Notes under the pieces: generated by a model | Told to the model about the DNA's origin: nothing | Seen by the model: the letters and a program-made list of their open reading frames with translations, nothing else | Database searches by the model: none | Position numbers and translations under genes: made by a program | IMG/VR virus record: IMGVR_UViG_3300033997_000186 | Location: 1 to 38,876 of that record | From: a virus | Strand: one strand, 5' to 3' | DNA length: 38,876 nucleotides | Shown: one piece after another, positions 7,648 to 15,700 of the stretch | Numbering within the stretch: position 1 is the stretch's first letter | How the letters are laid out: each line of letters opens with the position of its first letter

Positions 7648-7982
7648 ATACACCCTTTGCCCTAGTGAAAGATAGCAGGCTATTGCCATACACCCATAGC
7701 CCGCGTGTCAATAAGCATCATTGTACACCCATTGCCAGTGCATGTATACACCCATTACCCAATCTCACCTAATATACACCCATAGCCCAATATACATGGC
7801 TTAGTGCGCTCTATATTGGGCAAAGGGTGTATACACCGATCCCCCATTCTATACGTATAGAATGGGGGATCGGTGTATACACCCTTTGCCCTATGACTAT
7901 TTAGGGGTATGGGTGTATACAGGTACGGGCTATGGGTGCATGGGGATAGAGGGCTATGGGTGTACATATACACCCATAGCCC
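7648..7982. repeat. Array of about 11 copies of a 16-mer family, TAYACACCC(A/T)T(A/T)GCCC, arranged symmetrically around the tel palindrome
   Basis: Forward copies start near 7648, 7687, 7722, 7744, 7772 and 7877. Inverted copies start near 7818, 7905, 7928 and 7951, with one more forward copy at 7968. A 32-bp near-palindrome lies at 7951-7982. Confidence 0.8.
7818..7891. other. Telomere resolution site (telRL-like): 74-bp perfect palindrome centred between 7854 and 7855
   Basis: GGGCAAAGGGTGTATACACCGATCCCCCATTCTATACGTATAGAATGGGGGATCGGTGTATACACCCTTTGCCC, with every pair checked by hand. The core CCATTCTATACGTATAGAATGG resembles N15 telO, CCATTATACGCGCGTATAATGG. Confidence 0.9.
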
Positions 7983-8232
7983 TATGTCATAATGCCATTT
8001 GCCAAGGGTGATAGCTTGCGGGGGACTAATAGCGGAATGAGCCTGGTTGATGGCCAACAGGCCATAAAGGAGCGTCAAGCGCCTATACACCCCAAGGACC
8101 AGGCAGGGTCCTTTCTACAGGGCTATAGCGCCTAACCCGCATGCAGCAAGGGCTGCAGCGCTAAGGGGTAAGGACAGCGCTCGGCGCGGGGGCAGAGTGA
8201 CGGATAATGTGGCGCTTCGCGCCGCTGTTTGT

Positions 8233-8278
8233 TTGTACCTTTGACCTTTAGGCCTATTGTACAAAGGTACATTTGTAC
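8233..8278. promoter_or_regulatory. Array B of 7-8-bp TTTGTACC-type units upstream of parA (candidate par operator/centromere)
   Basis: ttgtacc tttgacc tttaggcc tattgtac aaaggtac atttgtac, lying 38 bp upstream of the parA ATG. Confidence 0.65.
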
Positions 8279-8315
8279 GTATATTGAGGGCCTCACCAAC
8301 TGCGAGGCCTTCGAC

Positions 8316-8963
8316 ATGGCAGCAAGAGTCTGGACAATACAGAACCAAAAGGGCGGCACGACAAAGACCACGACCGCAACCAATATCGCGTGCTGCCTGG
8401 CTGACAAGCACGGCAAAAGCGTGCTCCTGGTCGACCTGGACGGCCGCCAAGGCTCGGCAACCGACTGGGCAACCTCCCGCGCTGACAGCGCTACGCTGAT
8501 CCCCTGCGTCATCATGCGCGAAACCCTAAAGCGCGACCTGCCGCGTATCTCGAGCGGTTACGACTACGTGATCATCGACGGGATACCGCAAATCAGCACC
8601 CTTACCTCTGACGCCGTTAAGGCCTCTGACCTGGTCGTCATCCCCGTGCAGCCAAGCCAGTACGACATATGGGCGACCGCCGACATGGTGCAGCTCGTAA
8701 AGGACCGCCAGGAGATTACCGGGGGCACGCCAAAGGCCGTGCTGATGATCGCCAGGGCCATCGCCGGCACCCTCCTCGAGCGCGACGCGCAGCAGGCGCT
8801 GCTCAACTACGAAATGCCGATCACCGCCACCCAAACGCACCAGCGCGTCGCCTACGGCAAGGGCATCGCCCAGGGCAATAGCGTTATGGACCTACCACCG
8901 TCCGACGACGCCCGCCTCGAGATTGAAGCGCTGACCGCCGAGCTGCTGGAGCTTGATAAATGA
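8316..8963 (+). CDS. parA: ParA partition ATPase (small type Ib, no N-terminal HTH)
   Basis: Deviant Walker A QNQKGGTTKTT, then VLLVDLD and YVIIDG. GAGG lies 8 nt upstream of the ATG at 8316. Confidence 0.9.
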   Translation: MAARVWTIQNQKGGTTKTTTATNIACCLADKHGKSVLLVDLDGRQGSATDWATSRADSATLIPCVIMRETLKRDLPRISSGYDYVIIDGIPQISTLTSDAVKASDLVVIPVQPSQYDIWATADMVQLVKDRQEITGGTPKAVLMIARAIAGTLLERDAQQALLNYEMPITATQTHQRVAYGKGIAQGNSVMDLPPSDDARLEIEALTAELLELDK

Positions 8964-9271
8964 CCACCTCGAAAATCACCACCGCCCGCCCAAGCCGCGC
9001 CGTCGCGTCTGGCATTGAGCCGCATGTCGAGAAGGCCCGCCGCGCCGTTGTGAGCGACGCTGTCGAGGAGAAGCAGCTAAAAGCGATCGTGCCGACGAAG
9101 TACCACAAGGGCACCACCGACATTAAAAACATGTCGCTCGACAACGTGCCTGTTAAGTACCTGATCATCGAGGCGCTCGACGACCTTTTCAGGAAGTACG
9201 AGCAAGGGGAGGGGCATTACAGCATCGAGGACCAGGAGGAGCTGGCGCGTCGATTGAAGTCATTGAAGTGA
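8960..9271 (+). CDS. Small centromere-binding protein, ParG/omega-like ribbon-helix-helix (predicted)
   Basis: 103 aa, ATGA-coupled to parA. Disordered basic N-terminus, then a beta-helix-helix pattern (KQLKAIVPTKYHKG...VKYLIIEALDDLFRKY). Confidence 0.65.
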   Translation: MTTSKITTARPSRAVASGIEPHVEKARRAVVSDAVEEKQLKAIVPTKYHKGTTDIKNMSLDNVPVKYLIIEALDDLFRKYEQGEGHYSIEDQEELARRLKSLK

Positions 9272-9337
9272 TAGAGACGCCCGGCAGCGGCTGCAACCGC
9301 TAACCGGGCAAGGACCGATAGACCTAGGGGGTTAACC

Positions 9338-9493
9338 ATGTCCAACCGCGACTATACCACAGTGCGCAGCATGAGCCTGCGCGATGCAGTAGACCCAGCC
9401 AATCGCGCCCTGGTGCGCGCCTACTTCGCGCAAGAGTGCTGCCTGATCGCCTGGCACGGCTTCCTGCGCTCGATCGGGGAGGCTGCCCAGTGA
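9338..9493 (+). CDS. Small ORF (51 aa), first gene of the accessory operon
   Basis: Not in the ORF track (under 60 aa). ATG preceded by AGGGGG. High GC3. Its stop overlaps the next start (GTGA). Confidence 0.45.
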   Translation: MSNRDYTTVRSMSLRDAVDPANRALVRAYFAQECCLIAWHGFLRSIGEAAQ

Positions 9494-9642
9494 AGCGCAC
9501 CGACGACCCGACCGGCCTGCAGTTCCTGTTTACCGGCATCGTGGCCATTGCTCTCGGCCTGCAGCTGGCGTGGGTATTCCTGCACCGCCTCTACACCCAG
9601 CGTTTCGACCACCAGGAAACCAACAAGGACGACCAACCATGA
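9490..9642 (+). CDS. Small single-pass membrane peptide (50 aa, GTG start)
   Basis: In frame with track ORF 9436..9642. GGGGAGG lies 8 nt upstream. Hydrophobic core LQFLFTGIVAIALGLQLAWVFL. ATGA-coupled to the next gene. Confidence 0.45.
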   Translation: MKRTDDPTGLQFLFTGIVAIALGLQLAWVFLHRLYTQRFDHQETNKDDQP

Positions 9643-9983
9643 AATTCCCTGCAGCTGCACTCCTGGTCGCGCTGGCGATCGCCGCCACCGCGCCGGCACA
9701 CGCCCGCGACTGCGACATAGACCGCGACGGGCGCAAAGACGCTACGTGCGGCGGACCTGACCGCGACCTCGACAACGACGGGCGCACCGACGCCAGGTTC
9801 GGCGGCCCCGACCGTGATATCGACAACGACGGCCGCACCGACGCCAAGTTCGGCGGGCCTGACCGGGACCGCGACAACGACGGGCGAACCGACGCGACGT
9901 TCGGCGGCCCCGATCGCGACCTCGACAACGACGGGCGCACCGACCGCCGATTCGGCGGCCCAGACGACCGCTGGGGGCGCTGA
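9639..9983 (+). CDS. Secreted protein with 17-aa DxDxDG calcium-binding-type (thrombospondin type 3-like) tandem repeats
   Basis: Signal peptide MKFPAAALLVALAIAATAPAHA, then 4.5 copies of GGPDRDxDNDGRTDAxF. Confidence 0.75.
   Translation: MKFPAAALLVALAIAATAPAHARDCDIDRDGRKDATCGGPDRDLDNDGRTDARFGGPDRDIDNDGRTDAKFGGPDRDRDNDGRTDATFGGPDRDLDNDGRTDRRFGGPDDRWGR
9750..9953. repeat. Four tandem 51-bp repeats (coding repeats of the 9639..9983 gene)
   Basis: GGCGG(A/C/G)CC recurs at 9750, 9801, 9852, 9903 and 9954, a period of exactly 51 bp. Confidence 0.9.
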
Positions 9984-9984
9984 C

Positions 9985-10197
9985 ATGGCCATTACCATCA
10001 AGGTGCGCATGAGCTGCAGCGCCTACCAGGCGCGAGCCATGCGCCTTGGCGTGACTGCCAGCAGCGCCGAGAGTGCCAAGGCCGCAGCCATGGCCGTATG
10101 CCGCAAGCTGGGCGCCGATCCCGAGCTGCTCGAGCAGATTCCCGGCGACCCAATGACGACCACCTACACCCATCCGCACCAGGAGCAACCGGCATGA
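9985..10197 (+). CDS. Hypothetical protein (70 aa)
   Basis: ATG 2 nt after the upstream stop. ATGA-coupled to the following gene. High GC3. Confidence 0.55.
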   Translation: MAITIKVRMSCSAYQARAMRLGVTASSAESAKAAAMAVCRKLGADPELLEQIPGDPMTTTYTHPHQEQPA

Positions 10198-10628
10198 CCA
10201 CCACCGACCCCCGCGACGCTCTCGCGCCCTGCCCCTGGTGCGGCGAGCAAGCAACGCGCGTAATGCTGACCCACCCCGAGCCAGAGTGCGGCGAAATCCT
10301 GCGCCAGGAGGATTACGGCGACGGCGTCGACGGTGACGCGCAAGCCTTCTGCCACATGTGCGGCGCACGGCCGGCAGCCGTCGGCGTGACGCTCTACACC
10401 GCCGAGGACTACGACGAAGCGATCGCGCTGGCTGTCAGCTCCTGGAACGACCGCAAGGGCGCCGAGGTGGCCGACGCGGCGATCAGGGCGGACGCCAGGC
10501 GCTATCGCCGCCTCCTGCACGAAGGGCTGCGCTTCATGGCTGGCGGCAAGCTGCACCAGACCAAGGCCGAAACCGACGCAGCGATCGACGCCCTAGAGCC
10601 CGCCCCTGCATCAGCGTCGCGCATGTAG
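10194..10628 (+). CDS. Lar-family (restriction alleviation-like) zinc-ribbon protein with a C-terminal extension
   Basis: PCPWCG ... CHMCGA ... EAIALAVSSWNDR matches the Lar-family pattern (CPFCG...CG...A..AWN.R). AGGAG lies upstream of the ATG at 10194. Confidence 0.6.
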   Translation: MTTTDPRDALAPCPWCGEQATRVMLTHPEPECGEILRQEDYGDGVDGDAQAFCHMCGARPAAVGVTLYTAEDYDEAIALAVSSWNDRKGAEVADAAIRADARRYRRLLHEGLRFMAGGKLHQTKAETDAAIDALEPAPASASRM

Positions 10629-10639
10629 CGCGCCCCACA

Positions 10640-10665
10640 AGCCCGCCCACTCGGCGGGCTTTTTG
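10640..10665 (+). terminator. Rho-independent terminator ending the 9338-10628 operon
   Basis: An 8-bp stem (AGCCCGCC / GGCGGGCT) with loop CACTC, followed by TTTTTG. Confidence 0.75.
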
Positions 10666-10704
10666 TTACCCTGCGCGCCATCACGCAATGGAGATACGCG
10701 CAGC

Positions 10705-11058
10705 ATGAAAGCAAAGCCCCTTCTGATCGGCCTCGGCGTCGCCGTCCTGGTCATCCTCGGATTCAACGACCTGGCCAACAAGGACGCCAACGCGCTCGAG
10801 CGCGTGAGCGACCGCGTCGGCCTGCAGGTCAATTGCAGCGTGGACAAGTTCGACGGCCAGCGCTGGGGCGTGTGCCACTACCAGAACGGCGCGCCGGCAA
10901 GCGCCTGGCTCGACCGGGACGGCACCTGGATTGCCGGCAACGGCGGCGCGATCAAGGTCGTCGACCGCCTGGCCAACGTCAGCGATCTGCAGGGGCTACC
11001 GCCTGTAATGCGCGACTACGTGAAGCCGCCCGCCATGCCCGCCGCACTGTTCGAGTAG
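10705..11058 (+). CDS. Secreted or membrane-anchored hypothetical protein (117 aa)
   Basis: N-terminal MKAKPLLIGLGVAVLVILGF. It has its own SD (GGAGA) and lies between two terminators. Confidence 0.6.
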   Translation: MKAKPLLIGLGVAVLVILGFNDLANKDANALERVSDRVGLQVNCSVDKFDGQRWGVCHYQNGAPASAWLDRDGTWIAGNGGAIKVVDRLANVSDLQGLPPVMRDYVKPPAMPAALFE

Positions 11059-11073
11059 CGAGCACCAGGAACG

Positions 11074-11112
11074 AAAAAAGCCCCCACCGCCGCGAGGCAG
11101 TGGGGGCTTTTT
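11074..11112. terminator. Bidirectional terminator between the convergent plus and minus gene blocks
   Basis: AAAAAAGCCCCCAC...GTGGGGGCTTTTT: an 8-bp GC stem with an A-tract and a T-tract on either side. Confidence 0.8.
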
Positions 11113-12122
11113 CATTCCAGCGGCACAGATGCCTCAATCGTGCAGCGGTAGCTCTGTCCTCGGCTGCCACGCTCTGTAACCTTGTCGATCGACCACTGCT
11201 GGCGCATGAAGCTGGGCCAGCTGTCATCGAGCACGACCAGGCCCTCGGCGCCGTAGCCAGGATTACCAGGGCAATCAATCTGCACCTTGTACGCGCTGCG
11301 CTTGATCTTGCGCAGTTCACCCTCGCCGGCATCCTTTGCCTCGGCTTCGTTCTGGTAGCGCTGGCGCACCTTTTTGAAAGGCTTCTCGCCAGTTTCGACC
11401 ACCTTTTCCTTGCCGGTCGCCGCGTCCCACCAGGTCGTGCGCGTGCCCTTGAACTTGGCGCGGCTGTCGTCGTCCAGGGACGCCTGGATAAACGCTGAAT
11501 CCCCCGGCCTGTTGTCGTTCGTGAGCGAGATAGTCATCACCGGCAGGGTTTTGCCCGACAGCGACTTGAGCTGGCCGCGGCGAGCCATGACATACAGCTC
11601 GTTTACCGGCTTCGTGACGGCGTCGTACTGGCGCGCGATCCTGGTCAAGAACCCCATGTCAGTCTCGTTCGACTGGTCGACGTGCTCGATCTTGATCGCG
11701 TCCAGCTCGGGCGCGATCCGCGGCGAGAAGCCGTGACGGCCAGCCAGCTCGCGGAACACCGCGCCCAAGGTCGTCGGGCCATAGCTGGCCGAGCGACGCG
11801 CCTTGAATTCCGTCTCGTCGGCGACCTTGAACGGCGCGGCCGTGGCCACAATCTGCAGCTGCGACGGGAACAGTTGCGGTGTTACGCGCGTAACGACGAA
11901 CTGGCCAGCGTCGACCAGGCCGGATTCCTTGTAGCCGCGCCGAAAGCCGATTTTCTCGTCGACGCTTGGCAGTCCCTCGATGCCCTCAGTGCTCACCGTC
12001 AACCTGAGGGTGTCCGACTGGACCCCCGCCGCGTCGACGTACTCCCAGTCGATTAACCGGGAGTTGATCAGCCCAGCATTTGCGCCCGTCACCTCGACGG
12101 CCGGCGTGTACCCCAACGACAT
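11112..12122 (-). CDS. P2 gpD-like tail protein (late control D family)
   Basis: 336 aa. Last gene of the tail block, following gpU/gpX-like genes. The sequence pattern is typical of gpD. Confidence 0.75.
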   Translation of the reverse strand: MSLGYTPAVEVTGANAGLINSRLIDWEYVDAAGVQSDTLRLTVSTEGIEGLPSVDEKIGFRRGYKESGLVDAGQFVVTRVTPQLFPSQLQIVATAAPFKVADETEFKARRSASYGPTTLGAVFRELAGRHGFSPRIAPELDAIKIEHVDQSNETDMGFLTRIARQYDAVTKPVNELYVMARRGQLKSLSGKTLPVMTISLTNDNRPGDSAFIQASLDDDSRAKFKGTRTTWWDAATGKEKVVETGEKPFKKVRQRYQNEAEAKDAGEGELRKIKRSAYKVQIDCPGNPGYGAEGLVVLDDSWPSFMRQQWSIDKVTERGSRGQSYRCTIEASVPLE

Positions 12123-12131
12123 AAATCCCCC

Positions 12132-12344
12132 TTAATCCCAGGCCCGGACCGGTGCAGCGTTCGCTGGCGCCGCCTCGAGCTCGGGCAATAGCACCCACAG
12201 CCCCGAAGGCAGCACCGGCCCGTGCTCGGCCAGCGTTTTGTTGAGCAGCCAGAAAGCCTCCTCGGCCGCGTCATCCGACCGGCCGAGCTCGCGGTAAAGC
12301 AGGACGTTGGCCGAGTCCCCCGCGATGGTTCGGACCCTACGCAT
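12132..12344 (-). CDS. P2 gpX-like tail protein
   Basis: About 70 aa from the ATG at 12344. Its position between gpU-like and gpD-like genes matches P2. Confidence 0.55.
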   Translation of the reverse strand: MRRVRTIAGDSANVLLYRELGRSDDAAEEAFWLLNKTLAEHGPVLPSGLWVLLPELEAAPANAAPVRAWD

Positions 12345-12720
12345 TGACGAACTCCTGCAGCTCGAGCGACCACTCGAGCAAGGTCGCGGTGCCGTCGTCC
12401 AGGACGCGCTTTTGGTTCTCGCTGACGTCATCGATACGCCAGCGGCCCCACACGCGGCCCACGCCGTCGACCAGCGGGTAAGGCTTGCGGGCGTCGGCCA
12501 TGGCGCGCAGCTCGTCGAGCTTGGCCATGCCTTCCGCCCATTGCGCCTTACCCGTCAGCCTCAGCGTTTCCAGGCCCTGCCCGGTGTTGTGCGACTTGGG
12601 CTTGCTGCTGATGATATCCAGGCTCACCCAGCCGCCCGAAGTCTTGCGGTCGAGCGTCTCATAGGGAAAGTTGGTGGCCAGGCCGAAAATGAACTCCCCA
12701 AGCGCCATTTGCTGCGCCAT
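12337..12720 (-). CDS. P2 gpU-like tail protein
   Basis: Begins MAQQMALGEFIFG...; position after the tape measure; GGGAG SD before the ATG at 12720. Confidence 0.7.
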   Translation of the reverse strand: MAQQMALGEFIFGLATNFPYETLDRKTSGGWVSLDIISSKPKSHNTGQGLETLRLTGKAQWAEGMAKLDELRAMADARKPYPLVDGVGRVWGRWRIDDVSENQKRVLDDGTATLLEWSLELQEFVNA

Positions 12721-12722
12721 GC

Positions 12723-15700
12723 TCAATCACTCCCATCGGTCAAAGACGAACTGCGTCGCACCGCCAGCTGATCGGCGCCGCCAAGCATCGGCAGCAACTC
12801 GGCCTTGAGCCTGGCGATAATCTTGTCGGCCTGCATCTGGTCGTAGGCCGGGTCGCCGCTTGGCTGCAGGGTGATGCTCGGCGAGAAGTTGATTTCCTTG
12901 CGCTCCTCGCTGCTTTTCACCACCGCCGCGGCCGTTTCCTCAGGCGATTTCAGCTTGTCGGCCACGGTGCCCACTGCGCTGCCGAGCTTGTCGCCAATCC
13001 ACGAACCGAGCTCACTGCCGGCAATGCCGCCAATGAGGCCGCCGACGGCCGTGCCGATGCCCGGCAAAATCATCGTGCCGATCGCTGCGCCGGCAGCCGC
13101 TCCGCCCCAGCCACCCGCCATCCCGCCGACGGCGCCGCCGACTTGGCCAGCGTCGCCTTTCTGGATGCCATCGGCGGCCTCTGCGATCCCGCTCAAGAGC
13201 ATGAGCGGCGTCGCTGCCTTGCCCAGCAGCTTTACCGCGCCGCCGCCAAGCCCCGCAGCCTTGCCGAGCGCGCCGGGCGCCTTCTCAGCGACAGCGGCCG
13301 CCGACAGCGCAGCACCAGGTGCAGCGAGAGGCGCTGCGCCGGCAGCGGCTGGCACAAGCGACAGCGCCGGCTTGAGCGCACCAGGTGCACCAGGTACTGC
13401 AACCGGCGCCACGCCGGCAGCCTTCGGCACAAGCGAGAGGGCTGGTTTTGCCGCCCCTGCAGGCGTTCCTGGTGCTGCACCAGGAACAACCGGGCCGACG
13501 ATGGTTAGCGCCTTGCCCGCGATGGCCGCTGGCGGCGCTGCAGGCCTCAGGAACTCGCCAGGCTTGGCGCTGATCGGCTTTGCCGCAGAAGGCGCTGCAG
13601 GCGCCGGCATGGCAACCTCAGCGAACCCCGCAAGGGCCAGCAGCGGCCCCAGGAGCTTGCCGCCCGCGCTCGAGAGCCTGGCCAGGCGTCCGCCCTTGGC
13701 CACCGTTGCTGGGCCGCCCCTGCCCGCCGCAGCGCCGCCTCGGCCTGCAGCTGCACCAGGACCGCCGCCAAGCCCGCCAATCGAGGCATTGAGCCGCGCC
13801 ACAGCAGCGTTTGCCACTGTCGCCGTTTGCGCCGTCCTGGCGTCCAGCTTGGCCCTGGCCAGCGCGCCGCGGTTGGCACCCTGGCCGAACATCAGGCCGA
13901 CATACTTCATGCCAATGGCGCCGAGCTTGAGCGCCGTCAGGCCGGCAGCGGCGACGGCGATGGCGCCGGTGATGCCGGGGAACGTCTCAGCGGCCCAGCT
14001 CAGGCCGTCGACCATGGCGCCGAGCGGCGTCAGCACCGCATTGAGCGCCGGCAGCATGGCATTGCCCACCAGCGTAGAGAGCCTGGTCAGCTTGGCCGTG
14101 AACGAGTTCCAGCCGGTGCGCGAGGTGTTCGCTACCTCGGCCGCCTCCTGCATCATCGAGCCTTGTTCGCCGATCGCAGACGTCGCGTATTTGCTCTTGT
14201 CCTTGACCATGTCGAAGGCGCGTTGCACTTCGCCCAGGTTCTGCAGCAGCGGCTGGATAGCGCCGATCGATTCCGAGCCGAAAAGCTGGGTAGCGACCGC
14301 CGCCTGCTCCTCGACGGGCTCGGCGCGAATCGCCTCGAGCACCTTCATAATCGTTTCTGGCGCGTTGCCCTGCATGTCCTTGGCCAGGTCCTCAGGCGTG
14401 AACCCGAGCTTTTCCCAAACCTCCTTTTGCCCCTTGGTCGCCGCCTCGCCCTTGGTCAGCGCCGCGGTGAAGTTCTTAAAGCCGGTGCCGGCGATTTCCT
14501 TCTCGGTGCCAGGGTTGAGGAAAGCCGCCGACAGCGCCGCCGACTGCTCAGGCGTCAAGCCCGAGGCCTTACCGACCGCGCCGTAACGCTTGACCACCGA
14601 CGCAATATCGGCGGCCGTGGCGTTGAAGTTGTTCCCGAGGTAGTTGGTCGAGTCCGCAAGGTCGAGCGTCTGCGTCCGGTCGAGCCCCATCGAGGCCCGC
14701 CAGCCGGCCATGGTTTCGCCGGCCGTCTGCGCGTCGATATCGAACGCCGAGCCCATGATCGCGGCGTCGCGGGTGAAATCCATAATCGCCCGCTCTTTCG
14801 CCGCGGGGTCGACCTTGCCGTCCTTGTCTTTCTGGTCGTTACCGATGCCCGATTGACCCGCGGCATATTCGATCTTTGCCAGGTCAACCGCCGTCATCCC
14901 CGAGGAAGCGATCAGGCGATCGCTCGCCATCTTGAGGTTTGCCGCGGCCATTTTCTCGCGGCCGCCCTCCTCGAAGTTGATCACCTTCCCGACGTCGGCC
15001 ATAGCTGTTTCCAGCTCCATGGCCTGGTTGATCGGCCGGCTCGCCACGTAGGCAAGCGCCGCCGTTTCGACCATCTGCCCGCGCAGGTCCGCGCGCTTGT
15101 TGCGGTTCTCCTCGATGCGCCCCTGCGCACCCTTCACCGCCTCCAGCTTGGCCCGCTGGGAAGCCAGCGCGGCGTTGGCCGATGTGGTCGCAGCCTCGAG
15201 GCGTTTCTGCTCGCTGGCGAGCTTGCCAGTGTCGACGCCGGCCGCGGTTAGAGTCGCCTGCAGCCTGCTCAGCTCGTTGCGCTGGGTGCGCTGCGCAGCC
15301 CCGAGCGTGCGAACGCTGGCCGTAGCCTTGTCCTGCGTGGTGTTGAGCTTGGCGACGCTCGATTCGGCCGATTTGAGCTCGGCGGCGAGCCTGGCCTCCT
15401 CGGCGCGAGCCTTGCGAACCTGGCCCGCCGTGGCCTCAGTCGACGACGCAAGCGCCCGGTGCGCAGACGCGGCCTTTTCGTGCGCCATGGTCAATTGCTC
15501 GACCTTGGCCAGCGCGACCTGGTGCTCGCGGCCGAGCTTCACCTGCTCGACCCTGGCCTCCTGCAGCGCCGTTTTCGTGCCCGTCAGCTTTTCCGAGAGC
15601 TTGCCGTATCCGTCGAGCGTCCGCGCCTCGCGGTTGAGCTTCTGCAGCGCGGCCTGCTGGGCCTTGATCCCATCCTCGAGGGCGGCCCCTTTCTTCGTAA

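Noticed and set aside
7648-7982. The repeat cluster considered as a CRISPR array.
   Set aside because: The repeats are only about 16 bp and degenerate, with irregular spacing. They are arranged in mirror symmetry around a palindrome, and no cas genes are present.
7755-8090. 111-aa minus-strand ORF covering the tel palindrome and its flanking repeats.
   Set aside because: It is a read-through of repetitive non-coding DNA, which gives repetitive YTHSP-type peptides. It has no SD and sits exactly on the palindrome and repeat array.
9742-10368. 208-aa Arg-rich minus-strand ORF, and other ORFs across the 9300-10700 region (9324..9548, 9421..9699, 9530..9940, 9591..10010).
   Set aside because: They are antisense or out-of-frame readings of the repeat gene and its neighbours. 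Their composition (poly-Arg/Ser/Pro) reflects the 51-bp repeat, and they have no SD or coupling.
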